Source: Gemmatimonadales bacterium (GTDB taxonomy: Bacteria > Gemmatimonadota > Gemmatimonadetes > Gemmatimonadales > GWC2-71-9). Taken from it: a DNA stretch of 64,000 nucleotides. The notes beneath the pieces were generated by a model. The model did no database searches and had not been told where the DNA came from. It saw nothing but the letters and a program-made list of their open reading frames with translations. Location of the stretch: NCBI GenBank assembly GCA_037189525.1, contig JBBCJC010000003.1, positions 128,001 to 192,000 of the forward strand, written 5' to 3'. A program made the translations under genes and the position numbers. Positions 1 to 8,526 of the stretch are shown in pieces; position 1 is the first letter of the stretch, and each line of letters opens with the position of its first letter.

Positions 1-938
1 AGGATGACGGGCAGCTGCCGCCCGACTTTGCCGATCCTCGTCTCTTCCTGCCGTTCTATGCGCGGGATCGCGCCCTGCGGGACGTGGTACGCAATGCCGG
101 CGGCGCGGTGCTGCTGAGCGGGTACGGCGCCGACAACTATCTCTCAGGAACGTACGACTTCCTGGCGGATTGGGTCGCGCGCGGCCGGATCAAGGATGCG
201 TTGGGCGAGCTGGTCAATCTCGCGGTGGCGTCGCGCCGCTCGTTCTGGGGACTCGGCATCGATCACATCCTGGTGCCGCTCGGGCCGATGTGGTTCAAGC
301 GCCGGCGGGCCATTCGGGGTCGCGACCTGCCGAACTGGTTTTCGCCGGAGCTGGTGGCGGAGCAGCGTCTGGACGAGCGGATCCTGACCGGAAACGCCGA
401 TGGCGCGCCGGGCGAGATCTACGCTCGCCTGCAGGCCGAGGAAATCGGCAGCATCGACCTGGCGCTGGAGCGTGGGGTGTTCGAGGAGGGGATCGAGGTT
501 CGCTATCCGTTCCTGCATCGGCCGCTGGTGGAATTTGCGCTGCGGCTGCCCCTCAAGCTTCGCTTCCGGCCCAACCGGGCCAAGTGGATCCTCCGCGAAG
601 CCATGGGCGATGCATTGCCCGAGGTGGTGCGGAACCGCCAGGGCAAAGGGGCCATCGACGGGCGGCTCATCTGGTCCTTTCAGCAGCACTATGGAATGCT
701 CGAACGCCTGGTGGAAGGCTCTCACTTGGCGGAACTAGGGTACGTGAATCGCGAGCGCCTCAAGCAGGCATTGGATCAGGCCCGTCGCGGTGCGACGGAA
801 TCGGTTTCGAAGCTCTTCTTTACGCTCTCGCTGGAGATGTGGTTTGCTGTGCGTTCAGGGCGGTGGGTGCGACAGGTAGCCCAGGCGCCAAATATCGTTC
901 TAAATCAACCTGTATCATACCTTTTTCAGGAGTTGTAG
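1..938 (+). CDS. Lasso peptide cyclase (asparagine synthetase-like macrolactam synthetase), 5'-partial
   Basis: The frame is open from position 3 to TAG at 938. It has Asn-synthase C-terminal motifs VLLSGYGADNYL, EVRYPFLHRPLVEFAL and KWILREAM..LPEVVRNRQGKG. A lasso precursor follows immediately. Confidence 0.85.
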   Translation, partial: DDGQLPPDFADPRLFLPFYARDRALRDVVRNAGGAVLLSGYGADNYLSGTYDFLADWVARGRIKDALGELVNLAVASRRSFWGLGIDHILVPLGPMWFKRRRAIRGRDLPNWFSPELVAEQRLDERILTGNADGAPGEIYARLQAEEIGSIDLALERGVFEEGIEVRYPFLHRPLVEFALRLPLKLRFRPNRAKWILREAMGDALPEVVRNRQGKGAIDGRLIWSFQQHYGMLERLVEGSHLAELGYVNRERLKQALDQARRGATESVSKLFFTLSLEMWFAVRSGRWVRQVAQAPNIVLNQPVSYLFQEL

Positions 939-939
939 C

Positions 940-1059
940 GTGTCTAAGCTTACGTATGTCAAGCCGTCGGTGACCAAGATGGGCTCCGTGGCCGAAAAGA
1001 CCGAGGGCGGTTTCAGGGCAGAGATCTTCGAGATCTTCACGATGCGTGGGGCGCTCTGA
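940..1059 (+). CDS. Lasso peptide precursor, MSKLTYVKPSVTKMGSVAEKTE-GGFRAEIFEIFTMRGAL (39 aa)
   Basis: Hand-translated; absent from the ORF track. AGGAG RBS at 928-932, GTG start at 940, TGA at 1057-1059. The leader matches the lasso YxxPx(L/V)xxxGxxxxxTx consensus; the core starts with Gly and has Glu at position 9. Confidence 0.9.
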   Translation: MSKLTYVKPSVTKMGSVAEKTEGGFRAEIFEIFTMRGAL

Positions 1060-1091
1060 TTCTGGCTGGCTGGGAATCGATGTGAGTAAGA

Positions 1092-1121
1092 GAGCGTTCA
1101 CCACGATTGTGGTGGACGCTC
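1092..1121 (+). terminator. Stem-loop after the precursor gene (terminator or mRNA-stabilising hairpin)
   Basis: GAGCGTTCACCAC-GATT-GTGGTGGACGCTC forms a 13-bp stem with one G:U pair; the U tail is weak. Confidence 0.55.
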
Positions 1122-1201
1122 GACCCCTTTCCACTTGCCCTCCCGTTCCAAACTGCGCCCGATCCGATAGATTGATAGGGTGACCCAAATACAATATTGC
1201 G

Positions 1202-3760
1202 ATGACCCGCGTTCGCGACGCTCTAGAGCAAGGCACTAGGGCGCTCCGTACTTGGATGTCTAACGGCGGCATTGTCGCTGCCGTTGCCATCCTTGGCGGG
1301 TTGGCCTTTCAAGCCGTCGCTTGGGCGGCGCCTGGCGTGATTACGGCGCGTGCTTACCGCCTTAACATGCTCCTGTCGAATCTCCTGTTCGCGGCATTCT
1401 GGCTTCGAGCCATTCGGAGTCTGCCGCTTGGCGGACGTATTCGGCCGGCCGCGTTCGTAGTTTTTGCAGCCGTTGTTGTAGGCTTGGCCGGGAGTGTGCT
1501 TAGCTCATTCAGCGGCCTTCGAGGCGAGCTGATGCTCGTTGTCGGCGTACTTTATTGGGTCGCCGGGCCCCTCCTCGTCTGCGCGCTGTTGATTTGGCCA
1601 CGTGTATTGAATCGCCACATTCGCCACCAGTACTTGGTCATTGACGTCGGCATCATTGCAATTGCCGTAGTCCTGTTCATCTGGTATGTCCGAGTCGGTC
1701 CAGCGGCGAGTGTTCGCGGTTCGATGTCGTTTGAGGACATGGGCGTCCTTGTGACATCGAGTTTGTTGCTGGCAGGAATAAGTCTCGCTGTTCTCCGACG
1801 GCCAACGCCGGAGTACTCAGTGCCCTTCATGCTCGTCGTGCTTTGGACGGCGGTCATGTTTACCGGCAACTTCGGGCTTTCGTTGTTTGCGGTGCCGGTT
1901 CACTCGATGCAGTATTGGGCAACCCTCTTTTCGATTGGAGGTTTTCTCCTTCCGATTCTTGCTGCAGAGTCACTCCGTATCCGCTACTATCGGGCTCCTG
2001 ATGCTAAGGCCGTCGAAGGTGCCAATCCTATTCCCTGGTTTGCCGTCCTTGCGATCGGTGGCTTCGTCCTCAAAATCGGCATCGAGCAGCTGTCCACTGG
2101 GGTAGGGCTCATCGTCATCGGGGCTGTGGTCACCATGCTCCTGCTCGTGATCCGGCAGGCCATGACGATGCGCCACAACGCCGAGCTCCAGGCCGAGCGG
2201 GCCAATCTCCTGGCGGACGCCAAGATCGCCGCCATGGTGCGCCACACCTCGGACGTCATCATGGTGGTCGACGAGCAGCTCATCGTCAGGTACGCATCAC
2301 CCTCGTCCGAAGCGCTTTGGGGGCGGGCCGCCAGCGTTCTGGTGGGACAGGAGCTGACCACGCTGGTCGAGGCTTCGAGCCGGCGCGAGGTCACCCGTCT
2401 CCTGTCCGAGCGGCTGGCCCGTCCCGGCCAGACCGATCTGGCGCGGGTCCGCGTTCCCGGACCCGACGGCAGTTCGCGCCGGATCGAAGCGGTGGCGGTC
2501 AGTCTGTTGCACGAGCCGTCCGTGCACGGAATCGTGATCACGATGCGCGACCAGACCGAGCGGATCCAGCTCGAGGAACAGTTGGCGCAGGCTCAGAAAA
2601 TGGAGGCCGTCGGGCAACTGGCCGGCGGGGTCGCCCACGATTTCAACAATCTGCTGACCACCATTCTCGGCCATACCGAGGTCGGGCTCGATCTGCTGAC
2701 GGACGACCACCCGGTGCGTGAAGATCTCACCCAGATTCGCCGCGCCAGCGAACTCGCGGCCTCGCTGACCCGGCAGCTCCTGGCATTCAGCCGGAAACAG
2801 GTCGTCGAGCCGAGACTGGTCGACGTGGGCATCTCGCTGGATCAGGTGGTCCGCTTGCTGCGCCGCCTGATCAAGGAACATGTCGAGATCAAGCTGGAGG
2901 TGTCGCGCGATCTGGGGCAGGTGCGGGTCGATCCGTCGCAGCTGGAACAGGTCGTCCTCAACCTGGCCGTCAACGCTCGCGACGCGATGCCCGATGGCGG
3001 CCTGCTGACCATTCAGGCGCGTACGGTGATCGTGCCGGGTCCGCTCGCCGATGCGGTGATTCCGCCGCCGCAGGGCCGGTGTATCGTGGTCGAAGTCGTC
3101 GATACCGGAATGGGGATGGACCCTGCAACCCAGGCGCGCATCTTCGAGCCGTTCTTCACCACCAAACCGATCGGCCGGGGAACCGGGCTGGGTCTGGCCA
3201 GCGTCTATGGAATCGTGAAGCAGAGCGGCGCCGGCCTGGTGGTGCGGAGCGCGCCCGGGAAGGGCAGTACCTTCTCGGTCTACTTTGCCTGGGTCGCTCC
3301 GGAACCCGAACCGGCGACGCCAGCGGCGGTTGCCCCGAGCCGCGAGGGCGCCGCCCTGCCGCGATTTGCCGCGACGATCCTACTGGTCGAGGACGAGACC
3401 GCACTCAGGGAAATTGCGCACAAGGTGCTGGCGCGCGAGGGCTATCGCGTGCTGGTGGCCGCCGACGCCGAGGAAGGGATCACTCTGGCCGAGACCGCGC
3501 CGTTCCCGATCGACATGCTGCTGACCGATGTCGTGATGCCGGGGATGAACGGGGTCGAGCTGGCCCGGCGCCTCCGCAGCAAACGTCCCAACCTTCGCGT
3601 GTTGCTGATGTCCGGGTACCCGGGCGATGACCTGGCCGGCGAGCTCCGCGACCATCAGCGCTTCCTCCGCAAGCCGTTCACGCCGTTCGTTCTGCTGGAG
3701 CATGTCCGGGCCGCGCTGGCCGGTCTCTCGGATCCGACGGCGGTCGAACCGGACCGATAG
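1202..3760 (+). CDS. Membrane-bound hybrid sensor histidine kinase (multi-TM, PAS, HisKA, HATPase, REC)
   Basis: About 9-10 hydrophobic segments in the first 320 aa, then a PAS domain, H-box AGGVAHDFNNLLT, N-box NLAVNARDAM, G boxes DTGMGM and GTGLGL, and a receiver with LLVEDE and TDVVMPGMNG. The start may be ATG at 1256. Confidence 0.93.
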   Translation: MTRVRDALEQGTRALRTWMSNGGIVAAVAILGGLAFQAVAWAAPGVITARAYRLNMLLSNLLFAAFWLRAIRSLPLGGRIRPAAFVVFAAVVVGLAGSVLSSFSGLRGELMLVVGVLYWVAGPLLVCALLIWPRVLNRHIRHQYLVIDVGIIAIAVVLFIWYVRVGPAASVRGSMSFEDMGVLVTSSLLLAGISLAVLRRPTPEYSVPFMLVVLWTAVMFTGNFGLSLFAVPVHSMQYWATLFSIGGFLLPILAAESLRIRYYRAPDAKAVEGANPIPWFAVLAIGGFVLKIGIEQLSTGVGLIVIGAVVTMLLLVIRQAMTMRHNAELQAERANLLADAKIAAMVRHTSDVIMVVDEQLIVRYASPSSEALWGRAASVLVGQELTTLVEASSRREVTRLLSERLARPGQTDLARVRVPGPDGSSRRIEAVAVSLLHEPSVHGIVITMRDQTERIQLEEQLAQAQKMEAVGQLAGGVAHDFNNLLTTILGHTEVGLDLLTDDHPVREDLTQIRRASELAASLTRQLLAFSRKQVVEPRLVDVGISLDQVVRLLRRLIKEHVEIKLEVSRDLGQVRVDPSQLEQVVLNLAVNARDAMPDGGLLTIQARTVIVPGPLADAVIPPPQGRCIVVEVVDTGMGMDPATQARIFEPFFTTKPIGRGTGLGLASVYGIVKQSGAGLVVRSAPGKGSTFSVYFAWVAPEPEPATPAAVAPSREGAALPRFAATILLVEDETALREIAHKVLAREGYRVLVAADAEEGITLAETAPFPIDMLLTDVVMPGMNGVELARRLRSKRPNLRVLLMSGYPGDDLAGELRDHQRFLRKPFTPFVLLEHVRAALAGLSDPTAVEPDR

Positions 3761-3889
3761 TCGCAACCCGTTCGCCTCTCACGACGCGCACCAGACCATC
3801 CACCGATATCAGAATCGGCACCAAAAAGAGACACCGCCACCCGGCCGAAGCCGAGCGGCGGTGTCCGTACCGAGCGAGTAATGGAACGA

Positions 3890-4366
3890 TTACTCGCCGG
3901 TACCGCCTGCGCTCGCACGCAGGTCGCCGCAGGCGATGGCGGGGGAGCTCGTCGCACCGCTATGCACACTCACCGCATACTCACTGCCTTCGTTGAGCGG
4001 GCCGGCAATCGTCGCGGTGGACGTGGCCGCGCCCTGTCCGTCGGTGCGCAGCGCCGAATAGGCCGACGCCGAGCCGACCGTCTGGCCGCCCGCGCCACAG
4101 CGCCCCTCATGGACCTGCCAAGCCAGCGTCGCGTCGGCCGGGCCGCCGGTGACGGAGATGGTCGCCGTGTAGCTCTGCGACGCCGACGGAGTGGCCGTCG
4201 TGTCGGCCGGCATGCTCGGCCCGGCGGCGCTCTGGACCGTGGCTCGGCCCGCGATCGACGAGCCGTCGACGGCAGCGAGGGTGGCGCTCCATGATGCGGC
4301 ACCGAACGAAGCCGCGGCGAGCAATCCGGCGGCGCTGAAGACGGCAGTGACGTTACGAATACGCAT
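3890..4366 (-). CDS. Exported CHRD/Cu-Zn-SOD-fold-like small protein
   Basis: AAGGAGGA RBS before ATG at 4366, a signal peptide, and motifs WQVHEGRC, VSVH and IACGDL. Confidence 0.6.
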   Translation of the reverse strand: MRIRNVTAVFSAAGLLAAASFGAASWSATLAAVDGSSIAGRATVQSAAGPSMPADTTATPSASQSYTATISVTGGPADATLAWQVHEGRCGAGGQTVGSASAYSALRTDGQGAATSTATIAGPLNEGSEYAVSVHSGATSSPAIACGDLRASAGGTGE

Positions 4367-4623
4367 GTGATCCTCCTTGGTATTGGCGAACTTCACAACA
4401 CTATTCCCACTCGATCGAACCCAAGTTCCGAAAACAGAAAAGGCGCGACCCGGGCCCCGAAGAGCCCGATTTCGCGCCTACCATCGACGAATCCAGATGA
4501 TTCGCCAATGAGGCCAGCTCGACCTGATGCCGAGCCGCCGATTGTCCTGCCACTCACACACTACGCAGTCGCGCCCGATGCGTCAATAGCCAAAATTCGG
4601 TCGCACCGGGTTCGCGCCCATCG

Positions 4624-7600
4624 GTGCAAGATTTCCGGTCGCGAACCGTCGCCTCTTCGTCCACGGTGTGCGCGGCGTCCACCTGCGCAGCTCACGGCGG
4701 GAGGGGTGGGCCGGAATCGGTCACCGTGCATTGGCTACAATGGAGGCCGTCTCTGGCACAGGTTCGCGTGTCGCTGTCATCACGATACGATCCCCGTCGC
4801 GTTGCCGGCGTGGCGGGGCGGGTCGTCAGTGCGCTGGGCCTGCTGGGTCTGGCGGGATGGCTGATCGACTCGCCGGCGCTCGTGCGTCTTCTGGACGGTT
4901 ATCCGCCGCTGGTGCCGAACGCCGGTATCGCGCTGGTGGGGGCCGGCCTCGGTCTGACCGGCCTCGAGCGGGATCGGGGCGAGGTGGCGAGGCTCGGCGC
5001 CAGCATCGCGCTCCTGATCGGGATGCTGACCTTTGCGCAGCATGTATCGTCGCTCGATCTCCGGATCGACGGGATCTTTCTGCCCCGCGACGGCGGAGAG
5101 CTCGTCACCGGTCGCGATCCGGGGCGGATGGCTGCTGTCTCCGCGCTGTCGCTGACGTTGGCCGGCATCGGGCTCCTGGCGCTGCTGGCCGAAGCGCGCA
5201 GCAGCACACTGGCGATCCTGGCGGGCGTGGCCGGGGCTACCGTCGGAACGTTAGGCGGCACGGTGGTGGTCGGCTACGCTACGGGCGCCCTCACCGATCT
5301 TCGGCATGGCATCGTGGCCGGCATGTCGGCCTACGAATCGGTTGCGTTCCTGCTGCTCGGCTTGGGGATGGTCGGATATGCCTGGGAGCACGATCGCCCG
5401 GTTCGCTCGCTGCCGTCGTGGCTGGCGCCGGCCGTCGGGGTTGGCGGACTGACGACGGCTCTACTGGTCTGGAAGGCGCTAACCAGTCTCGAGGGCGATC
5501 GGCTCGATGACCGGCTCGGGGTCGAAGCGTCGGTGGTGCGGCAGCGGGTGGCCGTCGAGATCGACGGGCTGGTCAAGGATCTGGACCGGTTGGCGCGGCG
5601 CGCCATCCGCCTGCCGGCGTTCTGGGAAGTCGATGCGCAGGCAGCGCTGCGGGAGGGCAGTGTCTACGCGGCTGTCGGGTGGGTGGGTGCCGACGGCACC
5701 GTGCGGCGGGCGGCTCCGACGACGGCGGCGCCGATGATTGCGGAGATCGTGAAACAGGGCGTGACGCCGGTGGCCGATACTGTGCGCTTGCTGCGCTATC
5801 CGGCGCAGACGGTGTCGGCCGGGTTGCTGCAGGACGGCCGGTTCCTGGCGCTCCGGGTCGCTTCGTGCGACGAGGACAGGTGCGCAGGCGACATGGTCGG
5901 TTTTTTCGACCTGGCCGCGGTGCTCAGGTCCGGTCTCTCGGCGCCGCGCCGCGAAATCTGCCTCTCGATTACGACCGGTGGCCTCGAGCTGCTGGCTGAC
6001 GACCGGCCCGAATGTGTGTTCAGTCGGGGCGCATCGGCGTATCTGGCTGTCGGCTCGATGTCGTGGACGATCACGGCCGCGCCGACCACGGCGATGATGG
6101 CGTCGGCCGGATCGGCGTTGTCGGCGGTGGTGCTGAGTCTGGGCGTCGTGGTGAGCGCGTTGCTGACGGTGAGTCTGCGGCTGGCGCAGCGATCATGGGG
6201 ATTGGCGCGCGAGGTGGAGCGGCGGCAGGTCACCCGCGCGCTGGAGACCGCGACGGACGGGCTCTGGGAGTGGGACCTGCCGGACGGCCCGATGGCGCGC
6301 CGGGCGATGTGGCGCGGACTGGGTTATGCCTTTTCGGAAACGGACCGCGCGGGATGGGAGGCGCTGATCCATCCGGACGATATCGACGGCGTTCGACGCG
6401 GCGTCGACGAGTATCTGCGCGGCGCGGCGGAAACGCTGAGCCTCGAGTATCGGATTCGCGACGCGCGGGGCCAGTGGCACTGGATCATCGATCGGGCCCG
6501 GGTCACCGAGCGTACCGGGTGGGGCGCCCCGCGACGCATGCTCGGCATCCATGGTGACGTTACGGAGCGGCGTCGCGCGGCGGATCAGGTCCGGACCAGC
6601 GAGGAGCGGTTTCGCGCCATCTTCGACAGCGCCTTCCAGTTTCAAGCCCTGCTCGATCTCGAGGGGCGCCTGCTGCTCGCCAACCGGACCGCACTCGAGT
6701 TTGCCGGTGTGCCGCTCGACGCGGTGCGCGGCAGCCGGCTCTGGGAAACTGCCTGGTGGTCGGAGGCGGATGAGGAGGGGCGGGCCCGGCTGATCGATGC
6801 GTGCCGTCGCGCGGCCGATGGAAAGACGATCCAATATCAGGACGAAGTCACCGGCTCGGGAGGCCGCCGCGCGACGATCGAGTTTTCGGTCAAACCGATT
6901 CGTACACCCGACGGATCGGTGGGACAGCTGCTGGCCGAGGGTCGGGATGTTACCGAGCGAAAGCGGGCGGAGGATGCGCTCAAGGAGCTCGATACGTTGA
7001 GTACGATGGGGCGACTCGCGGCCCGGGTTGCGCACGAGATCAATAATCCGTTGGCCGGGATCCAGAACTCGTTCATGCTGATCAAAGACGCGGTCTCACC
7101 CGATCACCCCTACCATCGGTACGTCGGGGCCATCGGTCGCGAGATCGATCGGATCGCGAGCGTGACGCGTGAACTGTACGGTCTCTACCGCGCCGAGCAT
7201 GCGAACAAAGAGCGCACCTCGGTGGCAACCGCCATCACCGATGCGGTCGAACTGCTCAAACAGGTCAATCGGGCCGCGGACGTCGAAATCAGAGCGGACA
7301 TCGCGGGCGCGCCGGCGATCATGCCGTTTCCCGATGCGCTGATTCGGCAAGTGGTCTTCAACCTGGTCCAGAACGCCGTGGAGGCCTCGCCTCCGCGCGG
7401 CATCGTTTTCGTGACGGCGGATGTCGTCGACGAGGGCGGGAAGCGATGCTTCCGGCTGGCCGTCCGGGATCAGGGCGACGGAGTGCCGGATACGCTCAAA
7501 GAGCAGATCTTTCAGGATTTCTACAGCACCAAGAGCGGACTCAGAACCGGCGGGATGGGGCTCGGGCTCTCGATCGTCCGGAGCTCGGTGCGCGCGTTAG

Positions 7601-7686
7601 GCGGCGAAATCGACATTCGTGAACCCGATGGAGGCGGCGCCGAGTTCGTGGTGCGCCTTCCGATCAATGAGGAGGTGTCCGTATGA
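4624..7686 (+). CDS. Membrane sensor histidine kinase with multiple TM helices and two PAS domains
   Basis: TM region, PAS motifs (DGLWEWD..IHPDD..EYRIR; FRAIFD), H-box VAHEINNPL, NLVQNA, DQGDG and GMGLGL. The true start may be downstream, e.g. GTG at 4768. Confidence 0.9.
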   Translation: MQDFRSRTVASSSTVCAASTCAAHGGRGGPESVTVHWLQWRPSLAQVRVSLSSRYDPRRVAGVAGRVVSALGLLGLAGWLIDSPALVRLLDGYPPLVPNAGIALVGAGLGLTGLERDRGEVARLGASIALLIGMLTFAQHVSSLDLRIDGIFLPRDGGELVTGRDPGRMAAVSALSLTLAGIGLLALLAEARSSTLAILAGVAGATVGTLGGTVVVGYATGALTDLRHGIVAGMSAYESVAFLLLGLGMVGYAWEHDRPVRSLPSWLAPAVGVGGLTTALLVWKALTSLEGDRLDDRLGVEASVVRQRVAVEIDGLVKDLDRLARRAIRLPAFWEVDAQAALREGSVYAAVGWVGADGTVRRAAPTTAAPMIAEIVKQGVTPVADTVRLLRYPAQTVSAGLLQDGRFLALRVASCDEDRCAGDMVGFFDLAAVLRSGLSAPRREICLSITTGGLELLADDRPECVFSRGASAYLAVGSMSWTITAAPTTAMMASAGSALSAVVLSLGVVVSALLTVSLRLAQRSWGLAREVERRQVTRALETATDGLWEWDLPDGPMARRAMWRGLGYAFSETDRAGWEALIHPDDIDGVRRGVDEYLRGAAETLSLEYRIRDARGQWHWIIDRARVTERTGWGAPRRMLGIHGDVTERRRAADQVRTSEERFRAIFDSAFQFQALLDLEGRLLLANRTALEFAGVPLDAVRGSRLWETAWWSEADEEGRARLIDACRRAADGKTIQYQDEVTGSGGRRATIEFSVKPIRTPDGSVGQLLAEGRDVTERKRAEDALKELDTLSTMGRLAARVAHEINNPLAGIQNSFMLIKDAVSPDHPYHRYVGAIGREIDRIASVTRELYGLYRAEHANKERTSVATAITDAVELLKQVNRAADVEIRADIAGAPAIMPFPDALIRQVVFNLVQNAVEASPPRGIVFVTADVVDEGGKRCFRLAVRDQGDGVPDTLKEQIFQDFYSTKSGLRTGGMGLGLSIVRSSVRALGGEIDIREPDGGGAEFVVRLPINEEVSV

Positions 7687-8408
7687 GCGAGCGAGGCCAG
7701 ATTCTTCTCGCGGACGACGAGGAAGTGTTCGGCGCATCGACCGCGGATCTGTTGCGGCGGCAGGGCTACGGATGCGATGTCGTTCCGGATGGGGGTACCG
7801 CCCTGGCTGCCGTGGGGCAGGGGCAGTACGACTTGCTGATCAGCGATCTCGAAATGCCCGGGAACGAGGACCTGACCCTGGTACGGCAGGTGTCCGAACG
7901 GGTGGGCGGGTTGCCCGTCATCATCCTGACCGGGTTTCCCTCCACCCGGTCGGCGATTGCCTGTATCGAACTCCCGGTCGTGGCCTATCTCGTCAAACCG
8001 GTTGCGTTCGATCAATTGCTGAGCAAGGTCGAGGCGGCGGTGGCTCGCTTTCGGTCGTACACCGCGATGCGACGGACCGAAGAGCGGCTACGAGAGTGGA
8101 ATCGCGAAGTCGCGACCGTGGCGGCGCCGGGGGCGGGCGGGGGCCCGGAATCGATCGACGCTTTTTTGACGCTCACGCTGCGCAACGTCATGGGATCATT
8201 GACGGACCTTGGGGAAATGAGTCGCGCGCTGGCGCAAAAACAGCAGGGGCCGCATGCCTGCCAGCTGGTCAACTGTCCGAGGGGGTTGCAACTCCAGGAG
8301 GCGGTACGCGAAACGGTCCAAGTGCTGGAGGAAACCAAAGGCGCTTTTCGCTCCAAGACACTGGCCAACTTGCGACGACAGTTGGAGGTGCTGCTCGATA
8401 CCAACTGA
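7683..8408 (+). CDS. Response regulator (REC plus atypical C-terminal domain)
   Basis: ILLADDE, SDLEMPG, IILTG and YLVKP motifs; ATGA overlap with the kinase stop codon. Confidence 0.9.
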   Translation: MSERGQILLADDEEVFGASTADLLRRQGYGCDVVPDGGTALAAVGQGQYDLLISDLEMPGNEDLTLVRQVSERVGGLPVIILTGFPSTRSAIACIELPVVAYLVKPVAFDQLLSKVEAAVARFRSYTAMRRTEERLREWNREVATVAAPGAGGGPESIDAFLTLTLRNVMGSLTDLGEMSRALAQKQQGPHACQLVNCPRGLQLQEAVRETVQVLEETKGAFRSKTLANLRRQLEVLLDTN

Positions 8409-8526
8409 GCCTCGGCTGGAGTAGCCATAGTGACGATTGGTACGGTGGAGTCGTGAGGTGTGCAAGGCCGGCTTGGGTCGGCCGTCCGACTCCACAACCG
8501 TTCGGAACTCCCAACCTGGAGGCACT

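Noticed and set aside
1..938. Housekeeping asparagine synthetase AsnB
   Set aside because: The fold is shared, but the tightly coupled lasso precursor makes a cyclase far more likely.
4754..4768. Sigma54 promoter TGGCACAGGTTCGC
   Set aside because: The GG-to-GC spacing is 9 nt instead of the required 10.
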